Positions 22,501 to 33,300 of a stretch of DNA of 64,000 bases are shown here, piece by piece. The translations under genes were made by a program, and so were the position numbers. The stretch comes from a virus: the IMG/VR virus record IMGVR_UViG_3300035698_016797, positions 96,001-160,000 of that record; one strand, given 5' to 3'. The notes under the pieces were generated by a model. The model was given only the letters and a program-made list of their open reading frames with translations, was not told where the DNA came from and made no database searches. Numbering within the stretch: position 1 is the first letter of the stretch; each line of letters begins with the position of its first letter.

Positions 22501-22645
22501 CCGTTATAGAACTAACGTTACAGTCTAATTCTTCTCCTCCAGCTGGGGAAGCTCCAAGAACAAGAGTTCCAGAGACAAAGCTTTGAACTCTAATCAAGTA
22601 TGGTGTTAGCGGTGATTGTACTTCCGTATTTGCATCAACTGTCAT
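19544..22645 (-). CDS. Baseplate hub / Tal-like tail-tip protein
   Basis: 1033 aa, third gene after the TMP. N-terminal IFQGIVSNV...YTVTCKCMKSRL and C-terminal VTGNITVRG...FTTTLELST resemble gp27/gpD-like hub folds. Contains a CxxCxGxG pair. Confidence 0.6.
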   Translation of the reverse strand: MTVDANTEVQSPLTPYLIRVQSFVSGTLVLGASPAGGEELDCNVSSITVTSDAVPGTMTFTITDSNTTTYEAKGSLTVPSIGQEVVAKATSAGGVASSWGDVDMSIIFQGIVSNVAHQKGGKGSQYTVTCKCMKSRLNDETVTKIYNESYDDPREMNWDEKNLVVKEENMTVAEIIEDIFASAAKQIFEFDAEYTPLTWFTYSSIDFSNTSDLASFVPKMLRFENTSVAEAIYQTISSAGTYKIVYDPGMDGLVITKVSLSNSNQGDLRPLHYATADSANPNKDYIYDLVLDTTGEHSGSVNVIKDNSVKKTSELATVFRLFGSPIEWYSGHSYIHPDHKDMTMTPTASSVYYLNNYNWDGYRYSMPTYALANASGRYCIVGCPLYPGWDVTSGYDAATVNIKHTMTYPSTTEWGGMAELIATATDSYKGESEKQGYTKLDDIFPYDPFLANSREKKYASILGLRYEAWMPWPGACSHCGGTGAVASASGWAGKEDEWFGQSRDSDGTAASGVSQLSPFDYVFEWNTTAKEYEPSTHPVPWINMCPACRGVGQEPRFKIRNILSNLIDLPPSKVKIEGASAKSIGNRTWEEMVRELTYSYPAQVQIEVSQAASESDSGSTWKAVGVIPHPLAGELSSTGGGTDDQKRIFPDNLKIRYLTSSSVQPGVQASIDHVKGDVVFSHRQAIVCSKAMKVIKTQDLKISNEKISHICKHNDRGFSTVYDTSSDSGTLSYWRPPRAWITCYFHRKKYYDRFPVNLSGYDSGQRLGTNPKEIVVEGITYKAQSSIWDGRPVFEVYKKYATGTEFNVSTRPVIKSGIMNEYKWQIHPWDSRNLPIPERDTYKWADPSGLLAEYQANGYYYSLGAIQTIEQLKYREQEGSGLDTTDIGKADAFPKKIQWVQRDDRYRLIKHAVRELEKRNDIQVTGNITVRGSNYDLGNGLGYIALASGVYSSIVRMVHNFSGPFTTTLELSTEEFRLGQKKESDKDSERYIHTLLNQWVFGTHKTAYSTSLQGNIYNDPDMNKRGDGASIIG

Positions 22646-22657
22646 AACCTTTTCCTC

Positions 22658-23557
22658 TTAATATTGGGCAGTAAACGATACTGCCGTTCCTTTTCCGTTT
22701 CTTCCGGGAGACACACCTACGCTCGATCCATCAATGAACAGGTCTAAAAATAATTCATCCCCAGAATCTAAACTATCTACAACTTTTATATCAACCTTTC
22801 CGTCCGTAAATCCATTGGATATATCCACCAATGCTGCGTTGCCCAAGCTCCCAGAGGGAGGAGATACACAACCCGCTCCTGGCCCAGCCGTTCCCTGTAC
22901 GGCGAAACTTCTTCTGTTCCACCCTGAAAAGTAAAGCTCAGAACCATTTGCAAACGTATATGTTTGTTCTGCTATCCTTGGTATCTCTGCTGTGATTGTA
23001 ACAACTCCTCCATCAAGAATGTAGTCATTTGCATTGCTGCTGATTTTAACCTTTTTAGATGGTACTTCTGCTTCTATTAAAGTTGCACTATACTTAATAA
23101 GATTAGGCCAAAGAGTCTCTTCTATTGTAAGAGATTGAGGTCTCGCATAAACTCTTCCGCCGCCATTATTCAATAAACCACTTGGAAGAGGAACACACCT
23201 GTTGTCCTCAAGGGTTCCCCAACTTGACATTGCAGTGGGAGCTACACCTTCTGATGCTGTTGAAAGGGCACTATATAGGGCTTCATATGCAGATTTTAAA
23301 GAGTTGTATTTAGATTCATCTGTTCCAGTTCCTCCTGATGGAAGAATCTCAGCGTTGATTGTAAACGTTCCATTGATAGTATAGACAGCCTTAGATCTTC
23401 CAACATTGGCTTCGTTATAAACAAACCCAACCTGCATACTTGCAAGATAATATCCCCACAATGGATCATAAACCTCGCTTCTCACATCTGGAGTAACAGG
23501 AGGCGTTGGGTTTATGTCCAGAGATCGTATGTGTCCATAATGTATTGGTAAAGACAT
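22658..23557 (-). CDS. Distal tail (Dit-like) protein, inferred from position
   Basis: 299-aa beta-rich ORF between the TMP and the hub-like gene; TAAGGA SD. Confidence 0.45.
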   Translation of the reverse strand: MSLPIHYGHIRSLDINPTPPVTPDVRSEVYDPLWGYYLASMQVGFVYNEANVGRSKAVYTINGTFTINAEILPSGGTGTDESKYNSLKSAYEALYSALSTASEGVAPTAMSSWGTLEDNRCVPLPSGLLNNGGGRVYARPQSLTIEETLWPNLIKYSATLIEAEVPSKKVKISSNANDYILDGGVVTITAEIPRIAEQTYTFANGSELYFSGWNRRSFAVQGTAGPGAGCVSPPSGSLGNAALVDISNGFTDGKVDIKVVDSLDSGDELFLDLFIDGSSVGVSPGRNGKGTAVSFTAQY

Positions 23558-23566
23558 GTTTTATCC

Positions 23567-24316
23567 TTATAGTATCTGTGGAGGTGCAATCATTTCCGCT
23601 GTCATGTGTGCAATTTTATTTTCAACATCCCATCTCACAGAACCTTTGGTTATCATACACTCGTGAATATCAGTTTCTGTAGGCTCCAAGGCTTCTGGTA
23701 TTGCCTCTGAAAGGTCAAACGTTAAAGGATACCCAGAAGGAGATGTGGCGCTATCAGAAGAAAGTCTTTGTTCCAACGTTGAAACCAATCCACTAGGATA
23801 AGCATCATTACTATTGACCACATAGTCTCCTGTAACAGTAACCTTAAGCATGTCGTGTCCCAGTTGTTGCCTTTGCCATCCGTCTACGGAGAATGCCGCG
23901 TCTTGTGCCCTTCTGATTTTAGATGGAGTTATAGAAATCTTTGGGTTCCACAGGGTGTATCCCCACCATCCTATTGATGCAGCTGTACTTCCCGAGTTGT
24001 CGTTGTCAAATTCGAGAGTTACTTTTCCCCAATCTCTCCACACACCTCCGTCATAAGAGATTCCCTTCAGGATCATATTGTTTAAAACTGCGTGTGGAAG
24101 AGTTAGGGTTCCGACTCCAACGTTTGATCCCTTCATCGCATCAAGATCTGCGGCGGTCATTTCTGACGTTTGTAGGGTTCCTGTTACAGAAATTGACATA
24201 GTATTTCTGGCGGAGCCAGAGCCTTCCCATGCAAACTTGTGCTGTATGTAATACATGATACGAGACAACGTGCACGTACCACTATCATTTGTAAAGGACA
24301 TGTTGCTAAGTGCCAT
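23567..24316 (-). CDS. Distal tail (Dit-like) protein, inferred from position
   Basis: 249-aa beta-rich ORF immediately after the TMP, with two similar halves (ISVTGTL / VTVTGDY). Confidence 0.45.
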   Translation of the reverse strand: MALSNMSFTNDSGTCTLSRIMYYIQHKFAWEGSGSARNTMSISVTGTLQTSEMTAADLDAMKGSNVGVGTLTLPHAVLNNMILKGISYDGGVWRDWGKVTLEFDNDNSGSTAASIGWWGYTLWNPKISITPSKIRRAQDAAFSVDGWQRQQLGHDMLKVTVTGDYVVNSNDAYPSGLVSTLEQRLSSDSATSPSGYPLTFDLSEAIPEALEPTETDIHECMITKGSVRWDVENKIAHMTAEMIAPPQIL

Positions 24317-24326
24317 AACCTGTTCC

Positions 24327-27300
24327 TTATCCTATAGACTGATCTTGTACAATCTGACCAGTCTGCAACTGATCCCTGGTGTCCTGAGCCTGAATGATCA
24401 ACGCTCTTAGTTCCGTTAGCATCTCAGTGACGCTGTCATCAATAGAAACCTCAACGTTTCCTTCGTGTTCAACATGAGCACTACTTATATTACCCTCAGA
24501 ACCGCTTATTGTTTTCATATTTTCTACGGCAAGCTTAAATTCTTCTGCAACTTGCCTGAATTGATTTACTACTGGAGCAAATTGAGCATCATTTGCGCGA
24601 GCAAAATCACTAGTACTGACATTTCTACCAGAACCATTTGCAAACCCTGGGACACCCATCTTTTCAAAGGTGTCTACGTCTCCAGCAGACAAAACTCTTT
24701 CTTGCCCATGAAGTAGTGCCAGTTGTGCCATATTTCTACTACCAGGAAGTCTTCCGCGACTACCATTTTTGAATTGTCTGCCACCAGCCATTTTTTTAGC
24801 TTCATCAACAGTTAATTCTCCACTTCTAAACTTGGCTAAAACTCCAAGTCCTTCATTGCTTGGTCTGCCATGTAGAACATTTGGTTTTTTAGGTACTTTT
24901 GCATATGGGTCTGATTTTATTCCCGGATCACCAATTTTAGACTTTTTAATTACTATATGATAACCTCTATCTCTTAAATCTTGAATATATTTAGCCTGAT
25001 CTTTCCAAGACATGGCATCAAGCATTGCCTTTTCGACATGAACCTTGCGTTTAGGACGTATAACTTTAGCTTTTGACCCACTCATAACTTGAGGGTTGGC
25101 TATGTTTATTTCTCTCTGCTTTGGCCTTGTAGAGATCGCCATTAAAGATTTGCTACTAGAGGTAGTTTTTGAAGTTTCAAGTTCTGACTTTTCTTGCTTC
25201 AACAATTCTAGCTGTTTCTGCTTTTGAAGCTCTTCTTTTAGCCAAACATCTCCCTGCTTTCTATTTTTAGGGTCGCCATAACGTGCACGACTCTGCATGG
25301 TTTGAACAAATTCACCAGTGGCAATATTATACTCTCTTCCCTCTCCATCAGTCTTCAGAAGAATACTTCTATTTAACGCTTTAATTCTTTGTTCAAGAGA
25401 GGAAATTTTCTCTCCCCTATTAAGGTCTGAATAGCGAGATTTTTCATACGACAGAAAGCTATTTCCCCCTTTGTGAAAGTCTTCAAGGGTTGCATCTGGA
25501 TATGTTTTTTGGAAAGACTCCAACGTTCTAAGAGCACCAGACTTTTTCAGAGAGTCTTTCATCTCTTTAAGCTCTTTGATGCGGTTTTCAGATTGTCTGG
25601 CTTGTTTTGTAGGTCTGCCTCCTGGGCCAACCTCTTGCGATCTGTTTTGATGGAACGCAGATGCTTCTTTGAGCCATTTTGCGACTTGAGTGGGAGCTTC
25701 ATTGTAGAGTTGATTGTTGTAGAACTTGGTAAATCCTGGATCGGCCTTCATAGCCTTGAAAAGTTCTTCATTCTTGAATTCCAAGTCGCTCATTAGTTTG
25801 ACGGCACGAGTAGGCTCACGCCTTTTGACATGTTCTGCAATTTTATCTTTGATAGCCTGAACGTGATGACGCCAGTCTCCATAGACTCTTTTATTTCTGT
25901 CGTCGTCTCCTTCTAAATTTCCAACTGTTGTTGCCCTTTTGAGAGATAGGGGTTCAAGCTCTTTAAGTTTTTCTACAAACCTTTTCTTCTCATCAGGAAG
26001 AGGCATACTTCCAGTAACAAGACGACTCATCCAACTTTCGTACATTGCAAAACGATCACCATCTGTATACTTTTCCGTATCCATAAGTTTGGAAATAAGA
26101 GAGCCTGCTGTTCCTTTTCTGGAAATCTTAGAAAGATGTTGTCCAACATTGGGCCAGTCAAATTGTGGATATATATCAGTGGCGGCAAATGCACTCTTAT
26201 AGTTCGTAGGAATGGCGTTATTCCCCAATTGATTAGAGAGAAACTTGCTCATTCCAGAGTCATATCTTGTTTTTCTATTACCGGCTCCAAGCTTTCGTAA
26301 CTCCTCTAAAAATTCAAAGACGTTTCCAGCGTTGGCGCTTGTGTCTGTTCCACGTTTTGTAAGGGTTGAGCTTGTAAGATTAGCCTTCATAAGTTGGCCA
26401 AGACGATGTCCATAATTAGCCCTCATGGAATCTTTTGAATCTCCACGAGCTAAGCCTTCCCCAATACCAAAGTCAACACCGGCAGATCCAAAGATCGTCA
26501 TACCGCCCCTGTTGAGAAATGAGCTGTTTCCGTCTTCGGCAGTAGCGGCAATCATTCTGTCGGCAGTTGAAATAGTTCCAACGGAATCTTCCTTGTCACT
26601 CTTAAATAGATTTCCAACACCACGCCCACTTTCTTTTAAAGTTTTTAGAGCTAGGGGAAGACCAAGATTGGCTACCGTGGTTCCAACACCTCTCATCAAC
26701 TGTCCTGTTCCATGGGTTGCACCACGGGCGCTTAGAAGACTTGCGTTTCCACCTTTGTCTCCACCAGCAAGAGCTTCCATTCCAACTCCACCAACGTTAA
26801 TAAGAGATCCAATTGCAGATGTTGTAAACGCTGTGGTTGCAGCAGCAGATCCAAGAGCCTTGCCTGCAAGTTTTCCGGCAGATCCAAGAACCTTTCCAGC
26901 TCCACGTCCTACGTTACCAGCATGTCTGCCCATTGTTGGCATTGCAGCCTTCCCATTAACGAGGGCGTTTCCTATTTGACCCTTGGCAGCTGTTAATGCC
27001 TTTCCAATTCCTCCACGAGCAGATCCAAGAGCATCACCGATTCCTTTCGCCATAGGGCCGACCTTGCCGGTTGAAGCTCTTAGGGTAGAGCCTGCAAGTT
27101 CGGTAGCCTTTTTGAAAGAGCCAGGATTAAGTTTGTTGAGAATGGAAGAGTCTAGTCCAAACATTCCAGATTCCCAAGCAGTAGATCTAAGTTTTCCAAA
27201 AGTGGATTTGTCGTCATCCATCCATGCTGCACCAATATTACTAGCATGGTTGACAGCGGACATTCCTATTCCAGCCGTCCCAAGTCCTACACTGGAATTT

Positions 27301-30300
27301 TTGCCAATAACCTTTTTAAGACCACTAATTCCCATTGCTCCAGTAGAACCAATTCCACTTAGATTCCCAACCATTTGTGCGTATAGATTATTTTTGTCAA
27401 AACTTTCACCTTCTCTAAGGTTTTTTAAGTCCATTGCTGTACTAATGTTTTCATGAAGTTCGTATGCGTGTTTTCCAGCCTCAAATGCTCCTCCAACAGC
27501 AACTACTCCTCCAAGCCCAAACTTATTAGCACCAATAGATTCGGCCATTCCTTCTGACAATTTGAACTTTTCTCTCCAGCCCACTCCAAACGGTATTTTG
27601 CTTCCAGTTTCAAATCCTGGAACACCAAGTCTTTCATAAGAGTCAACTTCGTTTGCTGAAAGAACTCTTTCCTGTCCATGTAATACAGACAGTAATGGTT
27701 GAGATCTTCCCAGTGGAATTCTTCCGTTAGTAGATTTGTAAGATCTTCCTGTCCCTCTTGCTTCATGAGGAAGTCCCATGTTTCCAACGTTTTGCCCCGT
27801 GATAACATCTCTTACAGTTCCCCTGTCTCCCATTGATGCACGAAGCATCATTGACATCATTTTGACAAGTTCTACCATTCCGCTTTTTTCATCATTTCCC
27901 GCACCGGCTATCTGTTTTTTGGTAAGCGCATCCCATTGACGAAAGGAGTCTGGACTCATTCCTCCAGAGCCTCCTATACCAGCCGCAAGCTTTTGACCCA
28001 GAGCTTCAATTTCTGAAATCTCTACAGGTGCAGCTTTTGCTCTCGCTGCAACCAACATTGTAGTTGCTGCTGCAAAGATGATTTCAGCGGCATTCATTTG
28101 TAGCTTACTTGCCTCTGCAAGAGCAATGCTTTCCTCATTTCTTGCCATTTTGTCTACGAGAGCACCTATCAGAGTACTTGTCTTGGCAAGTTGCTTTAGT
28201 CCTGGATCTGAAAAGATTCCCTCAAGAGATTTTCCAGAAGACTTAAGTGCTTGAATGTAACCATATGCTGCCTTTTCTTGACCGGACGCCATTGCGAAAT
28301 TCTTTCGCATTGCAGGATCACTTTCTCTATTAACATTCTTAATTGCCTTTCCAGCCTGTGCTATTGCACCTCTCATGGTTGCAGTGACAGCTTCTGGCAG
28401 ACGTCCTTCAAATTGATTCATCACCTGAGCTGCAACAACCGCGATTTCTTTCATTTCACCAGTCACAGTCTTAGTCATATTTACTTGTGCCTGAAAAACT
28501 CCTGAACCAAGCATTTTTGCTGCACTGTATTCTGCACGAGAACGCTTCTGTAGCTGTACCTGTTTAGCCATTGCACTAAGCATTTTCAATTGAGCATTAG
28601 CTTTTTGCTCTGCGAGCTTGGCAAGTTCTGCTTCAAACTTTGCTCCCATTTGAGAAAGTTTGTTTACTTCAGCCTGTGCGGCTGAGATGTTTTCGTGAAG
28701 TTGATATCTGTCTCTTAAAGCCTTTAGGTCTCCCTCTTGCTTTCTAATACTTGCAAGTTGATTGGCAACTGTACTGATTGTGATGTTCAGCGCCCTCATA
28801 TTTGAGATTTCGCTAGAGGCAACACCCTTGATTATCTTTTGATAACTGTTTAGGTATTGGGTAAATTCCTTATAGTTTTTGAAGAAGTTATCAAGCTCAA
28901 CTCTTGATGCAATGATGCTGTCCTTATATCTTTCTTGGGCATCTGCACTCTGTACAAGAACCTGTCTCATATTAGAGAATTCTTTGATGGATTTATTCAA
29001 CGCATTAAGCTGAGTTCTTGCAGCCTTAATCTTCTGTTCAAGATTTCCCATCTCATCTTTTGCACCATCAGACTTGTTGGCCATATTTCTATATTCTGTA
29101 ATAGACTTTGTAAGACCTTGAATTTCTTCTTTCAGTTCTTGGGCATTTCTTTTCCTTCTCTGGATTTGTCTCAACAGAGATGTTGCAACGGCATCCATGG
29201 GTGCCTGAAGAGCATTGAGTTGCTGACGAGTATTACTGAACAGAGAGTTTACTTCAGAATTTATGCGACGAGCAGCATCTGTTGTTAACTGGAAATCTTT
29301 AACAAGAGCTTTTCCAACTTGGATACGAGAAAGCTTCCCAGCTTGACCATGAACCTTCTTAAGCCCTTCACTGGCCTTTACAGAGAGATCAGTTACTTCT
29401 TTAATGCTCGATCTAAGCTGTGTGTACGCCTGCTTCTCAAGTATTGATTGTGCAAGCAGTAATGCCTCTGTTAATTTGTTGCTACCAAGCCTTGCTCTTT
29501 CCTGTGCGTCTGATACGTCATTAAATTCGGCAACCAATTTCTCCGTAGAGTAGTCGAGGTTTGCCATTTGGAAAATCTGATTCATCCAGTCTGCATACGA
29601 CTGGAATGTTTTTAGTGCGCCATCTGCACCCTCTCCCATGTCATAAAATCCCTTTGCTGTTTGTTTCGCGCTTTGAGATACTGCGCGAGCATACAGAGTG
29701 GGAAGTTCAAGGATCAATTGACGTTGCTTTTCGTTCATTGCCATACTGGCCATTCCAGCAGAGAACATGTCCGAAATGCTTCCTTCTGGTTTCTGTGCCA
29801 TTTTTCCCATCATGGCAATTGTACTACCAAGGCTTTCAACGTTTAGTTTTGCATTTTCAATATTATTGATTGCAGTCTGAAACTCTGGACCAATAGCACC
29901 AATCAATTTTGGCAGACTTTCCATACTTTTTGATGTTAACTGAATCTGACGACGCAACTCTGGAAGCGTGTCTGTTTGAAAAAGTGTGAACTGTTGAAGT
30001 TTAAGAGGGTGCTCCATCTGCATCTTCATTATGCTGTAATTGTCTATTATACTTTGGAACAAAGTCTTCGATGTTGTCCCGAATCTTTTCAGAGCTTTAA
30101 GAGGTGTTCTGAGAAGTCCAGAACCAAGCGTATCTAGGGATATAATCACATCTTCATACTTTTTGAGGTCAATATCTGGTGCTTGAACCGACAAGGCTTT
30201 CAACGCACCTTTTCTAACCGTAGTAGTATCGCTATCCTTGTTTACCTCGAAGTTAATATTGCTAGTATCTCCAGCACCTTCTCCTGTAAACTTTCCATTT

Positions 30301-33300
30301 TTACCAAGGAATTTTGTTCTCTGTACAGTAAATGCTCTCATTCCTTCAGAAGCTTTGCGAGTCATATCTTCAAACAGGATGAATTGTTCAGCTCTTTCCT
30401 CAAGAACCTTTTTCACACCAGGAGACATCCTAAAGGATAATCCCTTGAAAGATTGTGATATTTTCTTTCTAGCCAATTCGCTAACAACTTGCTGTTCACT
30501 AGAGTGTTTGGCAAGCGTGCTGAGGGCAATCTTCTCTTCTTTAGTAAGGGTGTTCATCATGGTACTGGCAGATTTAATACCTCTCATTGCCATATAAACA
30601 GCAGTTCCCTGGTCTTCTATTGCCCTATAAACGTGTTCTGATTGTTTGTCTACCTGGGTTCTAATTGTAGATTGAGCATCGCTCATCTTGATGATGCTTT
30701 GGTCTATGCGTGCACGCTTCTCTAACAAACTTCTTCCCATACCAAGGGGTCCATCTTTAAGAGCTTTCTCGGGACCAACCTTCGCAATCTTTGCATCAAT
30801 ACTGCGTCTTTCCAATTCAAGCTTGTCAAGTCCCTTGTTGTATCCTTTCATTTGCCCAACAAGACTGTCGAATAGGGTTCCTCCAAACATTCCTGTGCTC
30901 TGGAAGAATGCAGACGTAGAGGCTTTTGATCTCAATTGCTTGCGAGTTTTATCCCTTTTCTCACTGTTCCCAAATGCAGATTCTGCTGCATCTGCATTGA
31001 TTCCATTATACAGTGCTGGGGCACCAATCTTTCTTGCACCGGGAAGAAGTCTACTTAGAGCATCTTCTGCATCCTTAAAATTTTGCATATCAATTGGAGT
31101 GATAGGCTGAGAATTTTTCATCAAATCGCTAATGCGCATATATACACTTAATGATGCATCAAGAGTTTTAAGACGTTCCTGTTCTAGTCCAATAATCCTA
31201 CGGGTAAGAGCTTCGCTGCCAGTGATTCTTTTCCCAATATCACCAATAGCTCTTCTTGAAAGAGTTAACGTTGCCAAGATTGCCAAACCGGCGGCAACCC
31301 ATCCTTGCTTGAACTGGAAGGCTGTTTTGGTTGATTTTACAAGCATCTTATTGATGCCACCAATTGCACTTCCAACTTTTTCGCTACTGCCCACCATGTT
31401 TCCTACCATGGTTCCAAAAATAGCTTGATTCATTACAATAGAACCTGTCGCGTTAGCAACATCTCCCATCATGGTTCTTCCACTTGGGCTAAACATATCC
31501 TTTTGCGTTTGAGCAAACGTTTTCATCGCTATACCGGTCATCGTTAATTGTAAACGATACCTATTGAAAAACATGTGTGTCTGTTCTCCAACTTCTGCAA
31601 TCTTGTTCTTTTGTTTGTCCCAGGCTTTGCCCATTCCAGAGAAGTAAATCTGTTCTTTTTCGAGTCTAGCTTTGGCTGTTTCTCCAGCACCTCTTTTAAG
31701 TTCTTGCTCTTGTTCTGGTGATGTACCTTCTCCTCTTGCAGATCTTGCGGCAAGTCTGGCTTGAAGAATATCATTGGTCATCGTTTCGCTAGTCTCGTTT
31801 TGGCCGAGAAACTTTCCAAACCCCGTACCTTTACCTCCAAAACCTGTTCTTGCAAAACCTGTAATTCCTTGCTCTTTTCTCCACTTAGACATTCGGCTAT
31901 TCATAGCCTTATTTACACCCTGTCTTTCTCCTCCATGTGCAACAAATTGATCTAGGCCAGAAAATCTAAATGCTCTAGCTCCAACTGCTCCAATACCTCC
32001 AAGAACACCTGCTGTTGCGAATAATGACTTGCCAGGCATTTTTTCAAAAATACCAGTAACATCCTTAGTGAGAGATGCTATTGATTTCAAAATGCTTAAA
32101 GCGCCAGAGTCTCCAATCTGAGCATATAGACTTTGAAACCCTGCTCTCATGGATGCTAACTGTTTCTCCGTAGTATCCATAACCTTCTGATTCTCTCGGA
32201 AGGTTGAACCTTGAGAATCAAGACTGAGTTTTGTAGATTTGATTACGTCGTCCCACTTATCCATAAGAACAAGGATACTGTTATAACGACGAGTTCCCGC
32301 AATCGTAATCGCAGCATTCTGTCTTTGGACGTTGGTAAGAGTTTTCCATCTTCCGCCAAGTTGTTGTAGAATACTAAATGCATCCCTGAATTGACCGTCA
32401 GCGTTATATACTGCAATACCAAGGTTCTGTAGGGCTTCTACTGCCTCGTCCGTTCTTAAGTGGGATAGAATGTATCTAAAAGACCTACCTAGCTGATTAC
32501 CAGTCTGTCTGGTTGAAGATCCTACGGCAGCTACAAAACCATTCAACTCATCAAAAGTGATACCGGCAATACGAGCTGCTGTACCAGACTGTTTTACAGC
32601 CTGAGCAAGGGTTGCAGATGTAACGGCTGTTCTGTTCTCAACTTCATTCCATGCATCAAGAATTCTAATCGAATCTTTGTCTTCGATATTAAACTGTCTA
32701 ATTGCGGCAGTAAGAGATTCTGTTGCCTCTGCTGCCTTCAGTACGGTAGTGTTTGATGCTATCATAGCTGTCTCTGCAAGCTGGGTTGCTGCGGCAGCAC
32801 TTTTGCCCTGTTGTGCAAAGATTGTCATGGCGTTTGCAGTTTCTACAATTGAAGTACCAAATTCTTTAGCCATTCTTTGGGAAGATTGTGAAACCTGTTC
32901 GATGTTTACGAACAAAGGGTTCATTACCTTAGTAACGTTGACAACGGCAGATTCAAATTGAGTCATCGTTTGAACTGCATTGCGAAGCCTGTGGATTACT
33001 CCGTATAGAGCAAAAGACATTCCTCCGTATAGAACAACTCTATTGGCAACACCCTTTACCAGCTTGTTTACGGAATACTCTGCCGCGAGAGTTTCTCTAG
33101 CTGTTTTCCCAACCTGTTTTTCGTGTCTTGCAAGTGCAGATGGGTCCGCTGTCTGTAGGGTGCTGGCTTTTCCTTCTCCGGCACTTGCCATGTGAGACAG
33201 ACGACTTCTCAATCCTTCTTGTAGACCTTGGGCAGTCTTTGGAGACATGTTGGCACGCATTTCAGAAAGAGTGACCTTCTTATTCTTGGCCAATCCTTCA

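Noticed and set aside
26425-27456. Plus-strand ORFs of 184 and 157 aa, and the many other short antisense ORFs in the track
   Set aside because: They are shadows of Gly/Ala-rich minus-strand genes, with no SD and no protein-like motifs.
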